Shown piece by piece: positions 43,036 to 44,018 of a stretch of 44,018 bases of DNA. Below the pieces are notes generated by a model that saw nothing but the letters and a program-made list of their open reading frames with translations, was not told where the DNA came from and made no database searches. Source of the stretch: Candidatus Woesearchaeota archaeon (GTDB lineage Archaea > Nanobdellota > Nanobdellia > SCGC-AAA011-G17 > GW2011-AR18); NCBI GenBank assembly GCA_964616675.1, contig CAZTRI010000017.1, positions 1 to 44,018 of the forward strand, in the 5' to 3' direction. The position numbers were made by a program, and so were the translations under genes. The first letter of the stretch is position 1, and every line of letters begins with the position of its first letter.

Positions 43036-43935
43036 ATGTATATCTCAATGATAAGAAGAAATGTAGTAGGTGTTCACGATCCAATGCCTATTAAGGAGAA
43101 TCAGTTTACAATAAATAAAAAATCATTGGTGTCTAAAGTTAAAGTAAGTAAAAATCTAAAAGAATCTGTTAAAAAATCAATAGATTTAATTGGTGGGATT
43201 AAAAAAGTAATTTACAAAGGTGATTCTGTTCTAATAAAGCCTAATTATGTTTTTCCAGTAGATTATCCATGCTGTACTTCTTATGATTTTCTTGAAGCTG
43301 TAATAGAATTAGTTAAGGAAGCTGGAGCATTTAGTGTTACAGTTGGAGAATGTTCTTTTTTTACACATAGAGCTAAAGATATTATGGAGAAATTGGCTGC
43401 GAAAAAAATATGTGATCGGCAGGGTGTTGAGATAGTTGATTTTGCAGATTTGGAATGGTTGGACGTTAAGGTTGGTGATAAAAATATTGCATTTCCTAAA
43501 AGAGTATTTGATTATGATAAGATAATTTACGTGGGAGTTATGAAAACCCATCATTTAGCTAGATTTAGTATGTCATTAAAGCATACAATGGGATTTGTAC
43601 ATCCTAGGGATAGGTTTCTTAAGATGCATGGGAAAGATTTGGAGAGGAATATTGCTGAGATAAATAAAGTTATTTGCCCTGATTTGGTTTTGATTGATGG
43701 ACGAAAATGCTTTGTTACTAGTGGTCCTAAGGAAGGAGAGGTTAAAGAACCTAATTTAATATTAGCTTCTGGTGATAGGGTTGCTGTTGACGTTGAAGCT
43801 TTGAAGATATTAATGTCTTATAAAGCTGAGAATTTACTTACTTTAAAGAAACCTTTTGATTATATACAGATTAGGAAAGCTTCTGATTTTGGGCTGGGTG
43901 TTAAGAAAGAGACTGATATTATGGTTGTTGATTAA
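43036..43935 (+). CDS. DUF362-domain protein
   Basis: GDSVLIKPNYV..., VGVMKTHHLARFSMSLKH, LIDGRKCF, ASGDRVAVDVEA. Confidence 0.7.
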   Translation: MYISMIRRNVVGVHDPMPIKENQFTINKKSLVSKVKVSKNLKESVKKSIDLIGGIKKVIYKGDSVLIKPNYVFPVDYPCCTSYDFLEAVIELVKEAGAFSVTVGECSFFTHRAKDIMEKLAAKKICDRQGVEIVDFADLEWLDVKVGDKNIAFPKRVFDYDKIIYVGVMKTHHLARFSMSLKHTMGFVHPRDRFLKMHGKDLERNIAEINKVICPDLVLIDGRKCFVTSGPKEGEVKEPNLILASGDRVAVDVEALKILMSYKAENLLTLKKPFDYIQIRKASDFGLGVKKETDIMVVD

Positions 43936-43940
43936 GTTGA

Positions 43941-43956
43941 AGACTTGCAGTCGGCC
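43941..43956 (+). repeat. degenerate copy of the repeat core (AGACTTGCAGTCGGCC)
   Basis: Differs from AGACTGCGTCGGCC by a 1-nt insertion and a small change. It lies 6 nt after the DUF362 stop and is followed by TTTT. Confidence 0.5.
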
Positions 43957-44018
43957 TTTTGAAAATATAATTAGACGCCAACTTACTTATGATTTTAGAT
44001 CTGCTGAATGGGAGAAGA

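Noticed and set aside
2532-43956. Whether the AGACTGCGTCGGC repeats are a CRISPR array or IS/MITE termini.
   Set aside because: The copies are kilobases apart with no regular spacers and no cas genes, so they are not a CRISPR. I could see no terminal inverted repeat pairs, target-site duplications or transposase. MITE status is therefore unsupported, though not formally excluded.

Overview
AT-rich archaeal chromosome segment. Gene content and order, Lys-rich proteins and heavily interrupted tRNA genes suggest a small-genome DPANN-type archaeon; that lineage call is an inference. Most of the window is conserved information-processing synteny. (1) On the minus strand: tRNA-Asp, tRNA-Lys, rpoH, split rpoB (B''/B'), split rpoA (A'/A''), rpl30e, nusA and rps12, then a 976-aa surface protein inserted before rps7. 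(2) Also on the minus strand: rpl21e, rpoF, DUF655, rps13, rps4 and rps11, then a plus-strand HicAB pair, then rpoD, tRNA-Leu, rpl18e, rpl13 and rps9. Between these blocks lie eno-tpiA, tRNA-Ile and tRNA-Glu, a SPOUT methyltransferase, three tandem secreted proteins, mre11-rad50, dnaG, pcm, elp3, sppA and several toxin-antitoxin-like pairs. I saw no rRNA, CRISPR array, transposase or integrase. Main points of interest: (a) three of the five tRNA genes are interrupted. tRNA-Lys and tRNA-Asp each carry two introns that leave the anticodon on a 7-9 nt micro-exon, and tRNA-Ile(UAU) has a canonical intron plus a 41-nt interruption in the acceptor stem. (b) A previously unrecognised GC-rich repeat family has an invariant core AGACTGCGTCGGC and an optional hairpin module. 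It occurs seven times, always within about 45 nt of a stop codon. (c) A hyper-sequon-rich surface protein splits the almost universally adjacent rps12-rps7 pair. (d) There is a candidate structured ncRNA upstream of dnaG. (e) A small protein matches the bacterial HPF/RaiA pattern. All calls were made by eye from the sequence and the ORF track; no searches were run.
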